Assembly (NCBI GenBank): GCA_010909165.1
Contig: VJWM01000103.1
Span: 248,001 to 312,000 of the forward strand
Direction: 5' to 3'
Source of the DNA: Anthoceros angustus
Lineage: Eukaryota; Plantae; Anthocerotophyta
DNA length: 64,000 nucleotides
The position numbers were made by a program, and so were the translations under genes. The notes under the pieces were generated by a model, which saw only the letters and a list, made by a program, of their open reading frames with translations, did no database searches and had not been told where the DNA came from. This document shows, piece by piece, positions 49,611 to 61,559 of the stretch (position 1 is the first letter of the stretch; every line of letters starts with the position of its first letter).

Positions 49611-50635
49611 TCCACAGTCCTTCACACATTACTTGCTAAATGCTAAATACCCCTTCTCTTTGAGATAGCAGTCTACTCAGAGTCAGAGATCCTGGGCTTT
49701 CACTCATAGCCTGTCTCACGCATTCAGAGATGCTTCTATGGACTTACCTACTGAATGACAGACTGCTGACGAATGACCTCTTCTGTATGTTGGGAAGGAA
49801 CTATATAGGTTAGCCACGAGGACACTGCAACTCGCCGCTACTATGTCGGCGTGTGGTGGCGGGGAGGGGAATATCTATAGCATGATGCGGCCTAGTCTTT
49901 GCGCTCACCAAGCCCTACATCATACATACATACATATGTGGAATTCCAAGCACGACTGACTGTTAGCAATTCAGCCTCCAGGAAGTCACAAAACATATGA
50001 CACGAATGTATAGGGAACTACCAAGCTAGAATGCTGATAGGACCAAGGCATAGGAGCTTAGAAGCTCCGCAGCGAGCAAGGGGACCCTGTCCCATCCATT
50101 GCCGAATGCCCGTTTCAGATTACAATGGCCGCTATTGTAGCAAAAGTGCTTTTCTAAAGTTGGCCCTACTTTAAACTCATAATACCTACTAGGATCTTAA
50201 GCACCGTTGGTCCCAAGAGGCGTTGTGGCATAGTTCCCTTGCTCTCAAGGTAGAAAGTTTCATTCACACCACACAAAATCATCCTCTTTGTTGTTTCGTT
50301 CTTATCCTTGCACAAGCACTCGGTCCATTTTGAAGAAAAAATAAAGTGTGGAAACGTCTCGACGAAAGCGCAGTGTAACCTGAAAATTGAATACGGTATG
50401 TACTGGTCTGTACTTTCCCCAACAATTTTGAAACGAATCGACGATTGTATGTACAGAAATGGTTAGGTGGTCAGAAGATGAAAACCCGGCCAAAGGTGGC
50501 ATGGTGTGTAAGTGTTGCACAAAGCGATGCTGAAGACAGCTTAATAATAAGTTGCCGTGGGCGGGTTGTGGTGCTGGGTACAATCGGAAGAGCAGAGCTT
50601 GTGGAAACGATACCAAGACTGGAAGGGACAGGACT

Positions 50636-52489
50636 ATGGCTACTGCAGAGCAGCTCGTGTTAGACCTCATCATTCCCAGCCAACGGGAGAACGCACTACT
50701 GGACCTTTCCAAGGTACCTTCCATATCGTTCAGCCCATCTGGTCGTGCTTTGGATGTGCCGCTCCTGATATCAGTTCCGTTGTGCAGAAACGGGAGGCGT
50801 TTCCTGACTTAGCTCCCATGCTCTGGTATTCGTGCGGAACCATTGCGGCTTTACTCCAGGTTGGTTTCGCTCGCCAAACCACTCTTCCCAGCCCTTCCTT
50901 GTCTTGTGATGCGATGCATCTTTTGTATAGACTGACGATGCTGTTTTCAACTGGCAGGAAATTGTGTCCATCTACCCGATGCTGTCTCCACCAACCCTAA
51001 CTGCTGGGGCTTCAAATCGCGTCTGCAATGCACTTGCTCTGCTTCAGGTACGAAGGATTGGGAACAGTGGTTGCTGGGGGATCTGCATGGCTGGGATGCC
51101 GTTCTGTTCAGCTTTTAATCTGGACTCGTTGGTTGCAGTGTGTTGCTTCACATCCGGAGACAAGGCAACTTTTCCTCCAAGGTATCTTCTAGTCTGTAAT
51201 ATAGGCAGTTTTGACTTTCTGCCAGCCTCTTCACCCCTGCTTGATATCGGTTGTGTCGTTTTTGCAGCTCATATTCCTCTGTACCTGTATCCATTCCTCA
51301 ACACCATGAGCAAGACTCGGCCGTTTGAGTATTTACGTCTCACAAGTCTTGGCGTGATTGGTGCGCTAGTAAAAGTATGTAGGTTACTCCTCTGGACAAT
51401 AGTTGCTCCAAATTTCCGGTTTCCGTTTTGCGTTGCTAAGCTGCTGCATTTGTTGCTTCAACCGAGCTCTGTTTTTGTGCAGGTGGATGACACAGAAGTA
51501 ATAAACTTCCTTCTGTCAACGGAAATTATTCCTTTGTGCCTAAGAACGATGGAGATGGGCAGTGAGCTATCGAAGACTGTAAGTCTGCTTGCTATACTGT
51601 GGTTCGCAGTCTGTAATGGACATGGAGTGTACCTCTTGGGTGAGAGTAGATTTGTTTGTCTAGACAGAACCTACGCAATCTTGTGCTCCCTGGTGTCATT
51701 CTACGTATCATAGGTCCTCGTTCCATACTTACGAATGCGTGATTCAAGGGTCTTTCTTCTGGGTGAATGCCTTCCTGTTGTTAAACTCCTCTGGCGTCTG
51801 TATTTGGCCAACCTCCATGTTTCATAACGATAGGTTCTGGATGATTTGCTGCAGGTTGCCACCTTCATAGTCCAAAAGATTCTCTTAGATGATGTTGGGT
51901 TGGCATATATCTGTGCAACCGCTGAGCGGTTTTTCGCAGTAGGTGCTGTATTAGGAAGTATGGTTCAAATGTTAGCTGAACAGCCATCTGTACGCCTTCT
52001 CAAGCACATCATCCGGTGTTATCTCCGATTGACGGACAATCCCAGGTAGTTCTCCTTTGCCATACTGTCCTTTGCCCTGCCTACTTTGAGCTCTTGTTGG
52101 GTACGGATCTTGGTTCCGGTCTTTGCTCAGTCATTTTGTTGCACTGGTCAGGGCTTGTGAAGCATTACAGAAATGTTTACCAGACCTGCTTCGAGATAAC
52201 ACATTCAACAATTGCCTTCGTGTAAGGAAACGATCCCAGAGTACTGTGAGGCTTAGCAACTGATGTCCAGTCGTTGTGGCACTATACTACTCAGTGAAGA
52301 CACTGCCTCTAATCTCTTCCGTTGTTCCGTGATCAGGAGGACCCGGCCACCAGAAGGTGGCTCAGCCAGCTGCTCCAGAATATTGGACAACCACAGCAGT
52401 CTGTACCTCATCCTTCTGCACACTTACAGCGGCTGGCGACTGGTATGCCAGGGGCTACCATGGACCAGATTCTTGGAGGACAACAATGA
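50636..52489 (+). CDS. NOT9: CCR4-NOT complex subunit 9 (CAF40/RCD1/RQCD1), multi-exon
   Basis: [10 protein letters not shown]|[23 protein letters not shown]|[63 protein letters not shown]|[31 protein letters not shown]|ACEAL. A further upstream exon is possible. Confidence 0.95.
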
Positions 52490-54281
52490 GCAGGTGACGT
52501 AACTCAGGTGTTCTTGCATCACTGGGTGCTGTCATTTAAGAGGCACTGGTCCTCCACTACTCTCCCAAAGGTTGAGAGTCGCCGGATGGACTGCGAAACA
52601 CCTTTACTTGAAAGTCACTTAGCTCCAGAAGCAGGTTGAGAGGAAGTATCATAGTTTCCAAGTAATAGGATTCTGGCTGGGTATAGGAAGTCCACGAGTG
52701 TATGTTAGGCCAAGGCAGAGGGGACTTGGATGCTTCTGCTGGGTTCTCTTCTCTGCCGACTTTTGTCTGTCTGGAGTCTGTTGTCGTCGGGATGGTGCGG
52801 GTCAACCATCAGGCAGGGTACTCAAAACTGAGGCGCGAGCCTCGAGGAATCTCCTACACCTACACGCGCCTTTGACGGTAGGCACTCATTCATACAGTGC
52901 TTTGTAAAATGAAGCTTTTATCCAATGCAACATACTGTGCCGTGCAACGACTGATTAGCAGCTGTGCGCTGTGCCGTTTCTTCCCGGGATGCCGTGTGTT
53001 CATAGACTCCTTGCCACGGGGTAACGGCGCTGTTATCATCACTGTGCCATGTGGGCTGGCCTGTGCTAATCACAAATAAACTTTACAGACACAAGCTTCT
53101 TGCAGCTTAGGTGTCTGCCGGGGATTCTGGGAACGGATGCGATTGTGCTGAGCAAACGACTGCAACCCCATCAATGCCCTAGAGATGATGCCTGTTCTGT
53201 CACCCGGGCCTCCTCAGTGGAGCAGCTGCCATTTGTCAGAGCACCGATGAGAAGCGGAAAAGCGTTGCTTGAGGAGATGTCAGAGACAATCGATGCACCC
53301 ATCTAGATATGCAAATATATTTGAATAAGCATTTGATGTCCAGTCTGTAGGGCACACCCTGAAGATGATCGGACTCTTGAAGCGCATGATAGTGCGCCGC
53401 TCAGTTTGTCACACTCTACAACGTGCATTTGCTCACTGTTCGCAGATGCATACTGCTTCTTGCGCAAACCTACCACTTACCGCTTTGCTTGCCCTGATTC
53501 TGCAGCGAATCTTTATGGTTCCGATGCTTGAACGATGCTCGCAGGCAGCGGCGGCAGCCAAGCTCCATGCTGGCGGCCACGCAAGAAGCAAAGCCCCCAG
53601 AACCAGATGTAACCTGCTCTCCACCGGCACCACGTCGGGCCCACTGCCGGTTCGAACCCGAGCCGGTGACCAACCAATCTACGCTTCCACATGCTTCGGC
53701 TGAAGTGGGTTAAAGGCGCATCTCGCGACTCAAGTGGCCGTTAACCGATTAGCTACAGTGTTGGATGGAGGTACATAACCGGCAAGCCCATTCGGGAGTG
53801 CGCCCGGGCTAAAGCTTCCCCGGAAGCCGGGCACAGACGGCCCGCCCCGCCGGCAGCTCTAGGCCGGGTGGCCTGCCCTCCGGATGTGCTAAGATTAGCA
53901 GGTTCCCGCCGCGCCGACCCCTCCCTGCCGCTGCAGGCCGCTGATTGACCGACGAGCGCGCAACTTGCTTCGCAGTAGCGCGGCTCGGAAAGAGCACGAC
54001 GACGCGTCGGACCGGCTTGCGCTGCGGACTGGACTGGCCGAGGGAGCAGCGCCGGCGCGAACTCATCGTGGACGCGCTCTGGCTGCAGACTGCAGAGGGA
54101 AGCCGCCAGGATCGACTTCATCGGCTGTTGATGCGGATGTCCGCGCGGTTTCCTGGTGCCTGGTGACAATGGTTGTTCGGGACCTGCGCGGCAAGCGGTT
54201 GGAAGGAGCATTCGGAGCCGGAGCTTTGTTGTAGAAAAGCCTGGATTGCGGGGCGGAGGCGGCGGTGTTGATTTGCGAGGC

Positions 54282-54836
54282 ATGGGGAACCATGTGGCGC
54301 ACTGCATCACAGGCGGAGGAGATGAGGCGAAAGGCAACGTTGTGATTCTCCAGGCCAACGGGCAGGTGATGGAGGTTGCGCACAGCCTGCGCTGCCAGGA
54401 GTTGCTCCAGGCGCATCCTTACCATTTCGTGTGCCACTCCAGCTCCGTGATGCTCAAGCAGCAGGGATGCTTCCTGCCGGCGGAGGCTAAGTTGAAGCGC
54501 GGGGAGATCTACTTTCTGTTGCCGCTCCCAGGGGATCTCAACGGCTTGAGCTCCAAGAACGGGAGCTCGGACACGGAGGCGCTGCTAGGGAAGGGGACAT
54601 TTCACCGTCCGCAGGTGCATGGCACCATCAAGTTTGTCATTCCCAAGCAGTACCTCAACAGAATCATGGCGGAGCAAGCGGCCAAGGCGGCCAAGGGATC
54701 CCGGGCCAAGCCTGGGAAGAGCGGCCATGGCAAGTATACCAAAAGGCGGAAAAGTTCGTTAAGCTTTGGAGCAGGATCTAAGAAATCTAGCACCATGTGG
54801 ACACCAGGGCTAGAGAGCATTGTCGAGAGGGATTGA
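54282..54836 (+). CDS. DUF4228/PADRE family protein, intronless
   Basis: MGN..C N-terminus (myristoylation-like), V...NGQV.E......ELL..HP.HFVC, L..GEIYFLLP and C-terminal WTPGLESIVE. Confidence 0.88.
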   Translation: MGNHVAHCITGGGDEAKGNVVILQANGQVMEVAHSLRCQELLQAHPYHFVCHSSSVMLKQQGCFLPAEAKLKRGEIYFLLPLPGDLNGLSSKNGSSDTEALLGKGTFHRPQVHGTIKFVIPKQYLNRIMAEQAAKAAKGSRAKPGKSGHGKYTKRRKSSLSFGAGSKKSSTMWTPGLESIVERD

Positions 54837-55986
54837 GGTCGGACATGCATCTGTGGCGCAAAGGAGCTAGATCGCAACTGCTGGGAGGAAGTTGCGATCT
54901 AGCTCTCCGCTGTCTCTCTTCCCAGAGGCTGTTAACCAGGAGGCGATCTCCTCCCGCTGCCAGTCACGGCGAGGATGTCCGCATGTCAGGTGCATGCCCA
55001 CCGGATCTCACACCGTAGCTAGCCCCTTGCTGGCAGGAGGAAATGGGGCAAAAATTGTACATATCTGTGCTCAAGGGGCTGTTAGTCGCTAGCCATTGAT
55101 CCATCTGTATTGTCCTCTTGCAATTTTCTCCCTGTTCCGCACCTCCCTTAGCTCTCTGTTTGCACAAGCAGTGAATTCGCAAGACAGTTGGTACTGCCTT
55201 GTATGCTATGTGCTCATGTTCGAGGGGAGGGTGCAGCGATACTGCCACGAGTGTTACTGTCCCGACATTCCTATGAGCTGCAGCCTGCTTGGCGTCTTCT
55301 GTTTGCAGTTTGCCAGCCCTGCGCTCTTCTTCATTGGCTGGCAGGAGGGGAGGAAAATGTGGAAGGCTTTCTCATCAGTCTTCTATCAAGAGGACTTGTA
55401 AAAGTATTTAGTGAAGGGACGCTCCGCAGTCTCCTACCCTACTTGGACTGCTTTTGTCATTTGAGAAACAAATCATCCCTTTTGTCTTGTGATGTGGTTT
55501 TCGGGATCAGCCCTGCCTCCGCTCCCAATACAGTTTGGAGTTCGCTTTCGCCCTTCCACTTGCCAGGCAACGTGAACACCATGTCACGTACACCCGGAAG
55601 GTCTGGTCGTGCAGTTGCCATGTGTGTAGGTACCCTGTACCTATGTAAGTTAGGGTTCGGTATCGTGGGCGGGATGACTCCAGAGGCCCCACCCGTTAAC
55701 TACGAAGGGTTGCAACTTGCAAGGCAATTGCGACCCCAGAGTAAATTTCTAAAGTTGTCATTTACTGAACGCAAATGCACGAAAAAGTGTGAGGGACAGT
55801 TAGGGCAAACCTTGTTACCACTTCTGCCCTAAAGGAAAGACGCGAGTAGTACTTGGCCCCCCGTCTCCTCCGGCTGTTTCTTTTTGCCCTAGTTCGGTTC
55901 AGGCTGGAGGTGCGCTTGGCGAAGACGTTCCTCACACGTCGGATTGATCGGCCAGCTGCGGCAGGTGTTTGTTCCCAATCCCGCAG

Positions 55987-56723
55987 ATGGCATCAGCAGA
56001 TTTGATCTGGCAGCTGGTCAAGAACAACAACAGGTACCTTGTTAAGAGGAACGGCAACAGCAATGCCTCTATTACGTTCAGCGCTGAGCCGAACAATCTG
56101 TACAACTTGAATACGTTCAAGTACTCAGGTAGGTGGCTGCCCGCACCTCAGTCTGTAGCTCTCGTTCTGCCGTGTTAGGGCGCGCACCTGGCTTTGTGAA
56201 GGTCTTGTCTGGTTGCCTTCCGTGAGCACCGTGGGATGCGTCATGTGGTTACCGCTGAGGGTGAAGGCTTTGTCCGATGGTTTCCCAAATTTCAGGTTTG
56301 GCAAACAAGAAGAGCGTCATATTGGCAGCTGGAGGAGAGGGGCTTAATGTGGTCTTGGGTACAACCAAGGCGAAGAGGTCAGCAAAGGTAGCGAGCTCTG
56401 TTAACAAGTCTCTCATGAAGAGGAATTTTAGGAAGATGGCGAAGGCTGTCGTGAACCAGGTGTGGATAAAATCTTCCCTCGCAAGGGGTCTTAGGGTCTG
56501 GTGGTGTGTGTTGGTCGTCACTATGTATATTGTAGAAATTTGGATGTTGATGCATCCTCACTTTGTTGGCTCCTGCCCTTATTAGGTGGCAAGCAACGGA
56601 TATCGCCCAGATTTGAAGAATGCCGCGCTTGCCAGGCTCAGTTCTGTGCACAAGAGCCTGCGTGTTATCAAAGCTGGTGGTTCTAAGAAGTCATCGAAAG
56701 CGCGCAAGCCTGCTAGGAAGTAG
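55987..56723 (+). CDS. RPL28: 60S ribosomal protein eL28, 3 coding exons
   Basis: SADLIWQLVKNNNRYLVKR...FSAEPNNLYNLNTFKYSG|LANKKSV...FRKMAKAVVNQ|VASNGYRPDLKNAALARLSSVHKSLR. An intron acceptor lies immediately before the ATG. Confidence 0.95.
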
Positions 56724-57060
56724 AATACAGGGGCCTTTACAGTTATGGCCAATTTTTGCCTTGGGACGAACATCTATCCTGTTTTGTTGGCATACGCCTC
56801 GTGCCAGCAATCTATTTGTTGCACTTCGGTTCTTTTTTTTTCTGGCGTATATCTTCGAGTTGAACAGACCTGGCGAGTACTTGTGATGTTCAAAAGGACG
56901 TAAGTTGAAATAAATAGTCCCGACTACAGTAGTCTGTTTTGTCTACTAACGTAAGTCGAAAGTAGAAATGAGAGCTGTTATCCGAATATCAAAATTGTGT
57001 TCCGGCCTACGTGTCCTAGTTCTGGGTCGCAAACCCTCTTCGCAGTGTGTAATACTGGTA

Positions 57061-58750
57061 TCAGTCTTCAGTTTCCTCTTCAGGTTGTCCATTGCTGTCC
57101 TTCTTGTCTACTCCCAATGATGTTGGCTGCTTCATTGGTTTGACAGGCTTCTTACCTTTTGCTTTGTCTTCCGCCTCCCTTTCTTTGCGCTCTTTCAGCT
57201 TACGAGACTCAGTTTTGGCTTGCAACATGAGTTCGTCCAGATAACCCCTGTTTGGGAACTCCTTCGGGCAAAGTTTGCGATAGTGTCTGAAGAATTGTTC
57301 AGCTTCTTTAGACATACCAAGAATACTGTAGATAAGACCCTGCGCAAGCAAAGTACCAGCGATTCTCAGGTGGACAAATGCCAGTCCCGCACATTGTAAA
57401 TAAAGCTCTCCCAGTCTTGCGTAACGTAGGCCAAGGGATATAACGTACCTTGCAAAGGTAAGGTCGAAAATCATTAGGGTCATCCTTAAGGATTACGTTA
57501 TATTGTTGCAAAGCCTCTTTCAAGTTTCCCTGCAGGAACAGGCTCTCCCTATTAGCCGAACGACGCCGCGAGTATTAAATACCAATACTTCGCACATACA
57601 CATAAATCCAAAAAAACAGTACCTGGAGAGTGTGCATTTGGCCAAGCAGCATTCTCAAGTTTCGAGACTCTTCAAGCTTTTTGGACTCGGTTGCCTGATT
57701 TATAGCACCTTCCAGCATTTCAAGCACTAGACTATCTTGGCGATTCTTCTGCATCACCACTGCCAGTCCCTGCGATGTGTACACGGACCACATGAAACAA
57801 AAGGTACAGCTTGGACAGACTGCTGCACCTATATCGTGCGGCTAAAGGCCAGCAACAAAATAGAGGTACCAACTCACCTGATAGGCACGGGCAGAAAATG
57901 GTTCAATCTCCAAAATTTCCTTAAAGCCTTTCTCTGAGAGGTCGAGGTCTCCAGCAAAGTCTAAAGTCTGGGCTCTCATGTACTTCCACTCGAGGTTTTT
58001 TGGCTCAAGCTCTACAAGCCTGTCAAGTAGACTGATGGCAGAACTCACCTCCCCTTTCTTCATCCTAAAAAACAGAAGTGCTTGAAGTGCTTTGACATCA
58101 TTTGGGTGGCGTTCCAGATAGCTTCTGAACATGATCTCTGCTGCGTCGGTGGTGAGGTCGGAGCCCTCCCCAAAGGCCGGTTCAAAATCAGTGCCTGTTT
58201 CATTTGTTTTTTCTACTAACGCAGTCCCAAGGGATTCTGCGGCATACGCTTCGTCCTCTCCTGCGTCCTTTGCCTCAGAACCCTTGTCCCTGTCTGCTGG
58301 TGTTTCATCCTTCTTTGTGACAGTCTGCGTGGGTGCGGTCAGAGTTCTCTGAGTAGATACGATAGAACCAGCCAAGACTGGCGTGCAGATACTGAACGCC
58401 AAACCTACAGCTAACCCCGACCAGGCTAGAAGTTGAACCTGCTGAGAATGCCGGCCGAGGCATGGCTTCTTGTACCTGGATTTCTCTTCGTCCATGCAAG
58501 TGGTTCTACATTTCGAATGGCCAGGCAAAGCGCGTGATTGATTGACCCTTTCCTTGCCCTCCCAGCCAGTTGAACTCTGCAGATACAAATCAGGCCTTCT
58601 CAAGGCGTTCAGATTCCTCACTGCAATTTCGCGCGGAAACCCTATGATGATCTGACAACGTTGTGACAAATTTGCCAGCCGCCTGCTCCCACTTACAGTT
58701 ATAACCTCTGCTGGAAGCTGTCTGTGCGTGCGTACTGGAAAAGCTTCCAT
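57061..58750 (-). CDS. Plastid-targeted TPR protein, SLOW GREEN 1-like
   Basis: Transit-peptide-like N-terminus, then TPR motifs HPNDVKALQAL, LVELEPKNLEW, FKEILEIEPFSARAYQ|GL, RMLLGQMHTLQ|G..KEALQQY...DPNDFRPYLCK|GLIYSILG..KEAEQFF..YRKL.P. Confidence 0.82.
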
Positions 58751-59210
58751 TCCTACTGCTCCGAGACTGGAGAATATTTGAGCTTTTCCCGTAGTTGGCG
58801 AACACTCAATAGGTTGGCATAGCGTTCGATCTCCTCACACCTACTCCCCTGACTTGTAAGTGGTGAACAGCATAGCCTTGGCTCTTTTCCTGTAGACGTG
58901 CTTGAAGAAAGCAATGGTCGCTCTGTTGATAAGCACCCAGAAGCCGTAGGCAGTGAGGAGTGCACTTCTAACTGGTCTGAACTTTCTGTGTCGTCCGCAA
59001 CAGTGTAATCCTTTCCAGAAAAAGCACCAAAGCACCGACTCTTTCAGAAAACAAGTCCCTCAAAAAGCTTTGTCCGAGCCGTGCATTCGAATCACTCAAC
59101 TTTGTTTCTCAAGGAAACGAGCTTAAACCCTAAACCCCTAGATCGCTGGAATCTGCCAAGCATCAACCCTGAAAGAACACACCTCATTACATTTGGCGTA
59201 GCTGGACCAG

Positions 59211-61116
59211 TCACAAGTCCGAATCAAACCCGATGTTCCAATATCCATCGGGTGTTGGCGGGGGAGCGTATCTGTAACGGTGCCTCGAGACTTGGTCGTA
59301 ATGCTCACAACGGTTCAACAGGGTACCGTCCGCGTCCTCGGCAAAAATGGCATCGTAAAACCTCGTGCACTGCTTGCAAGCAGCTCCAGGCAGTGCTTCT
59401 CTGTCCCTCTTCTTCCTCACGGGCTCCACGTATTTGAAGCCCACTGCCTGAAACCTTTGTTTCTGTTTCAAGGCGTGGCTATCACCTGGCATCAACGAAG
59501 TTTGCTTTTCTTCGGCAGGTTCAACTCGAGGGTCAGCAACAATTGGCAGACCCTCTTTGGCAGGTTCACCTTGAGGGTTAGCAACAGATGGCAGATGTGT
59601 TTTGCCGATATCGGTGGGCATCCCATTTTCCCTCGGTACCGAACAAGCAGTTGGAACTGATTTTTGAGCCTTGGATTTCTTGACCTGAGGGGGTTTCCCT
59701 TGAGTCGATGCTACCGAGCACATATCATCGATAGCCCCTTGGCCATCCTTCTTGTGTTGAGCTGTGGTAATCTTTTGCAACGCAGATACCAGTTTGTTAG
59801 AGGCATAGTTGACTCCAAGCCCGTTCTTGTGACTTGCCTCATCCTGGTGCAGATGTGCGTGGATCCCTCCATCTTCATCGGCATTCAGGGCTGCGAGATC
59901 ACGAGGTGTGTCAAGAAAGTCATCATGGGGATCCAAGGCGCAACCGGGGGAACGCGCTCTGGTGTTCTTCCAGGGCCTGCCCTTTGTTCTTACGCGTGCA
60001 AGAAGCTCCACCTTGTCTGCAGCCATAGCCCTCTTGCCTGAACCTGTCTCTCGGAACTCCTTTGCAGATCCAGTGTGTGGCTGCACCACGTTAGACTCAT
60101 TCTTCAGAAGCTGGCCAGTAGTAGATAGTGACTGATGTAGTTGTTTCTTGAGCAGGGAAGTATACTGTCTACAAACATTGTCGTGCTTTCGCTTCCAATA
60201 GCGTGTCTGCTCTGCTGTTGTACAACCGTTCCCCTGAGCATCTGAACGTGCTTCGCACATTTTCTCCAAAGATTGCTGCAGTTTCACTTTCTCCGAATAT
60301 AATTCTTCAATTCGTGTTGAAAGTTGCTCCTGCTGAATGGCTAGCCTGATGCTCTTTTCCTGCTCTTCCGCGTGTCGTTCCATGCTCAAACTGAGCTTTT
60401 GGCTGAGCTCATCATTAGCTTGGAGGAGCTCTCTGTTCGCTGTCTCAAACGTCTGGATCCTTTCAACAAGCTCCTTCTTCTCCTCTTCAAACTTCTGCAG
60501 GCTCATGCTCACCGTCTCAAATGTCTGGATCCTTTCCAGAAGCTCTCCCTTCTCCTCTTCAAGCTTCTGCAGGCTCTTGCTCAACTGAACGTGTTCCTCT
60601 GAGAGCTTGCGGTACTCCGACTTTAGCTGCGCCTCCTCGGACGAATGTTGCAATAGCATCCCTTCTTGCACATTCACCGATTGCTGAAGCTTTGTGTTAG
60701 ACTCCCGCAACTGCTCCCGTGAAGATTCACTTTCCTGCAGAGAAGAACGCATTTGTTGCTAGGATGCGGCACAAACCGTCGGGAAACAACCAGAAACCCA
60801 CAGAAATCGGAAAGAAAATAGTCACCTGAAGGCCGTGTAGCAGAGCTTGCCTCTCCCCTTCCCATGCTTTTTTGGCAGCCTTCAGCTCCTCTTCCAGACT
60901 CCTGCATATTGCCTGCTGATGCCTCAAACCCGGATAGATGTCTTCCAGGAATGCCTGCTGTATTAGGCTGATACGAACATGAGCCTCACTGACGTGACCT
61001 TTAGCTTCGTCTGTCAAGGCATAAAAGGCAGCACACAGCTTGGTGTTCAATGGCGCGGTGCCAAGGATGCCCTGGTGCGTGTCTGCCATCTCGGTCAGTG
61101 GTGGCTCGCTCTCCAT
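59211..61116 (-). CDS. COM1: COM1/SAE2/CtIP homolog (GAMMA RESPONSE 1); exons 61116-60826 and 60734-59211
   Basis: Long N-terminal coiled coil and C-terminal SAE2 domain FKYVEPVRKK.DRE.L.G..CKQC.RFYDA...VSRHR..Y.PP.TPDGYWNIGF. Confidence 0.92.
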
Positions 61117-61559
61117 AACCCTTAAATTTGCTGTTCCTAATGCAATGCGTGAGCTTGAAGCACACTCCAGCCCGAGGAAACAACTGGATGGACGAAGGCA
61201 CGATGGCACGAACGCCTTGAGATCCTTGCCCCGCGTGCAGTTCCCAACTCAAATCCTGGCTATCCGGCGCGCGGCACAAGCTTCCGTCTTATTGTTCCAT
61301 CTTTCCACGCTGTCCTTGAGCAAGAAGTGGCGCACATTTTTCGGAATGCAATTCAAAAACTGAGGCGCCAATTGTTTCCGAGCGAACCAACCGTGCTCGG
61401 TTCGATTCACCCGCGCGGTCCGAGCTCCATGCTTTGTTTTGTACTGCGCTTTTGGCGGGACGGACTTCAGAGTGCACTTCACCTTTAAGCTTATCTGACC
61501 GGATTCTGTATTTTCGTGCTTCGAATAGCAGGTTGACGAGCTTCCGAGTGGGAAAAACC
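61117..61559. promoter_or_regulatory. Bidirectional promoter/5' UTR region between COM1 and the SHOC1-like gene
   Basis: The divergent ATGs are 443 bp apart. E2F consensus TTTGGCGG at 61451-61458; CTT-N7-AAG at 61315-61327 and 61477-61489. Confidence 0.6.

Noticed and set aside
49633-49968. Putative solo LTR (tgctaa...ttagca)
   Set aside because: Only a 6-bp inverted match, and no target-site duplication on the flanks.
56129-56585. Intronic snoRNAs in RPL28
   Set aside because: No properly spaced C/D or H/ACA boxes with terminal stems were seen.
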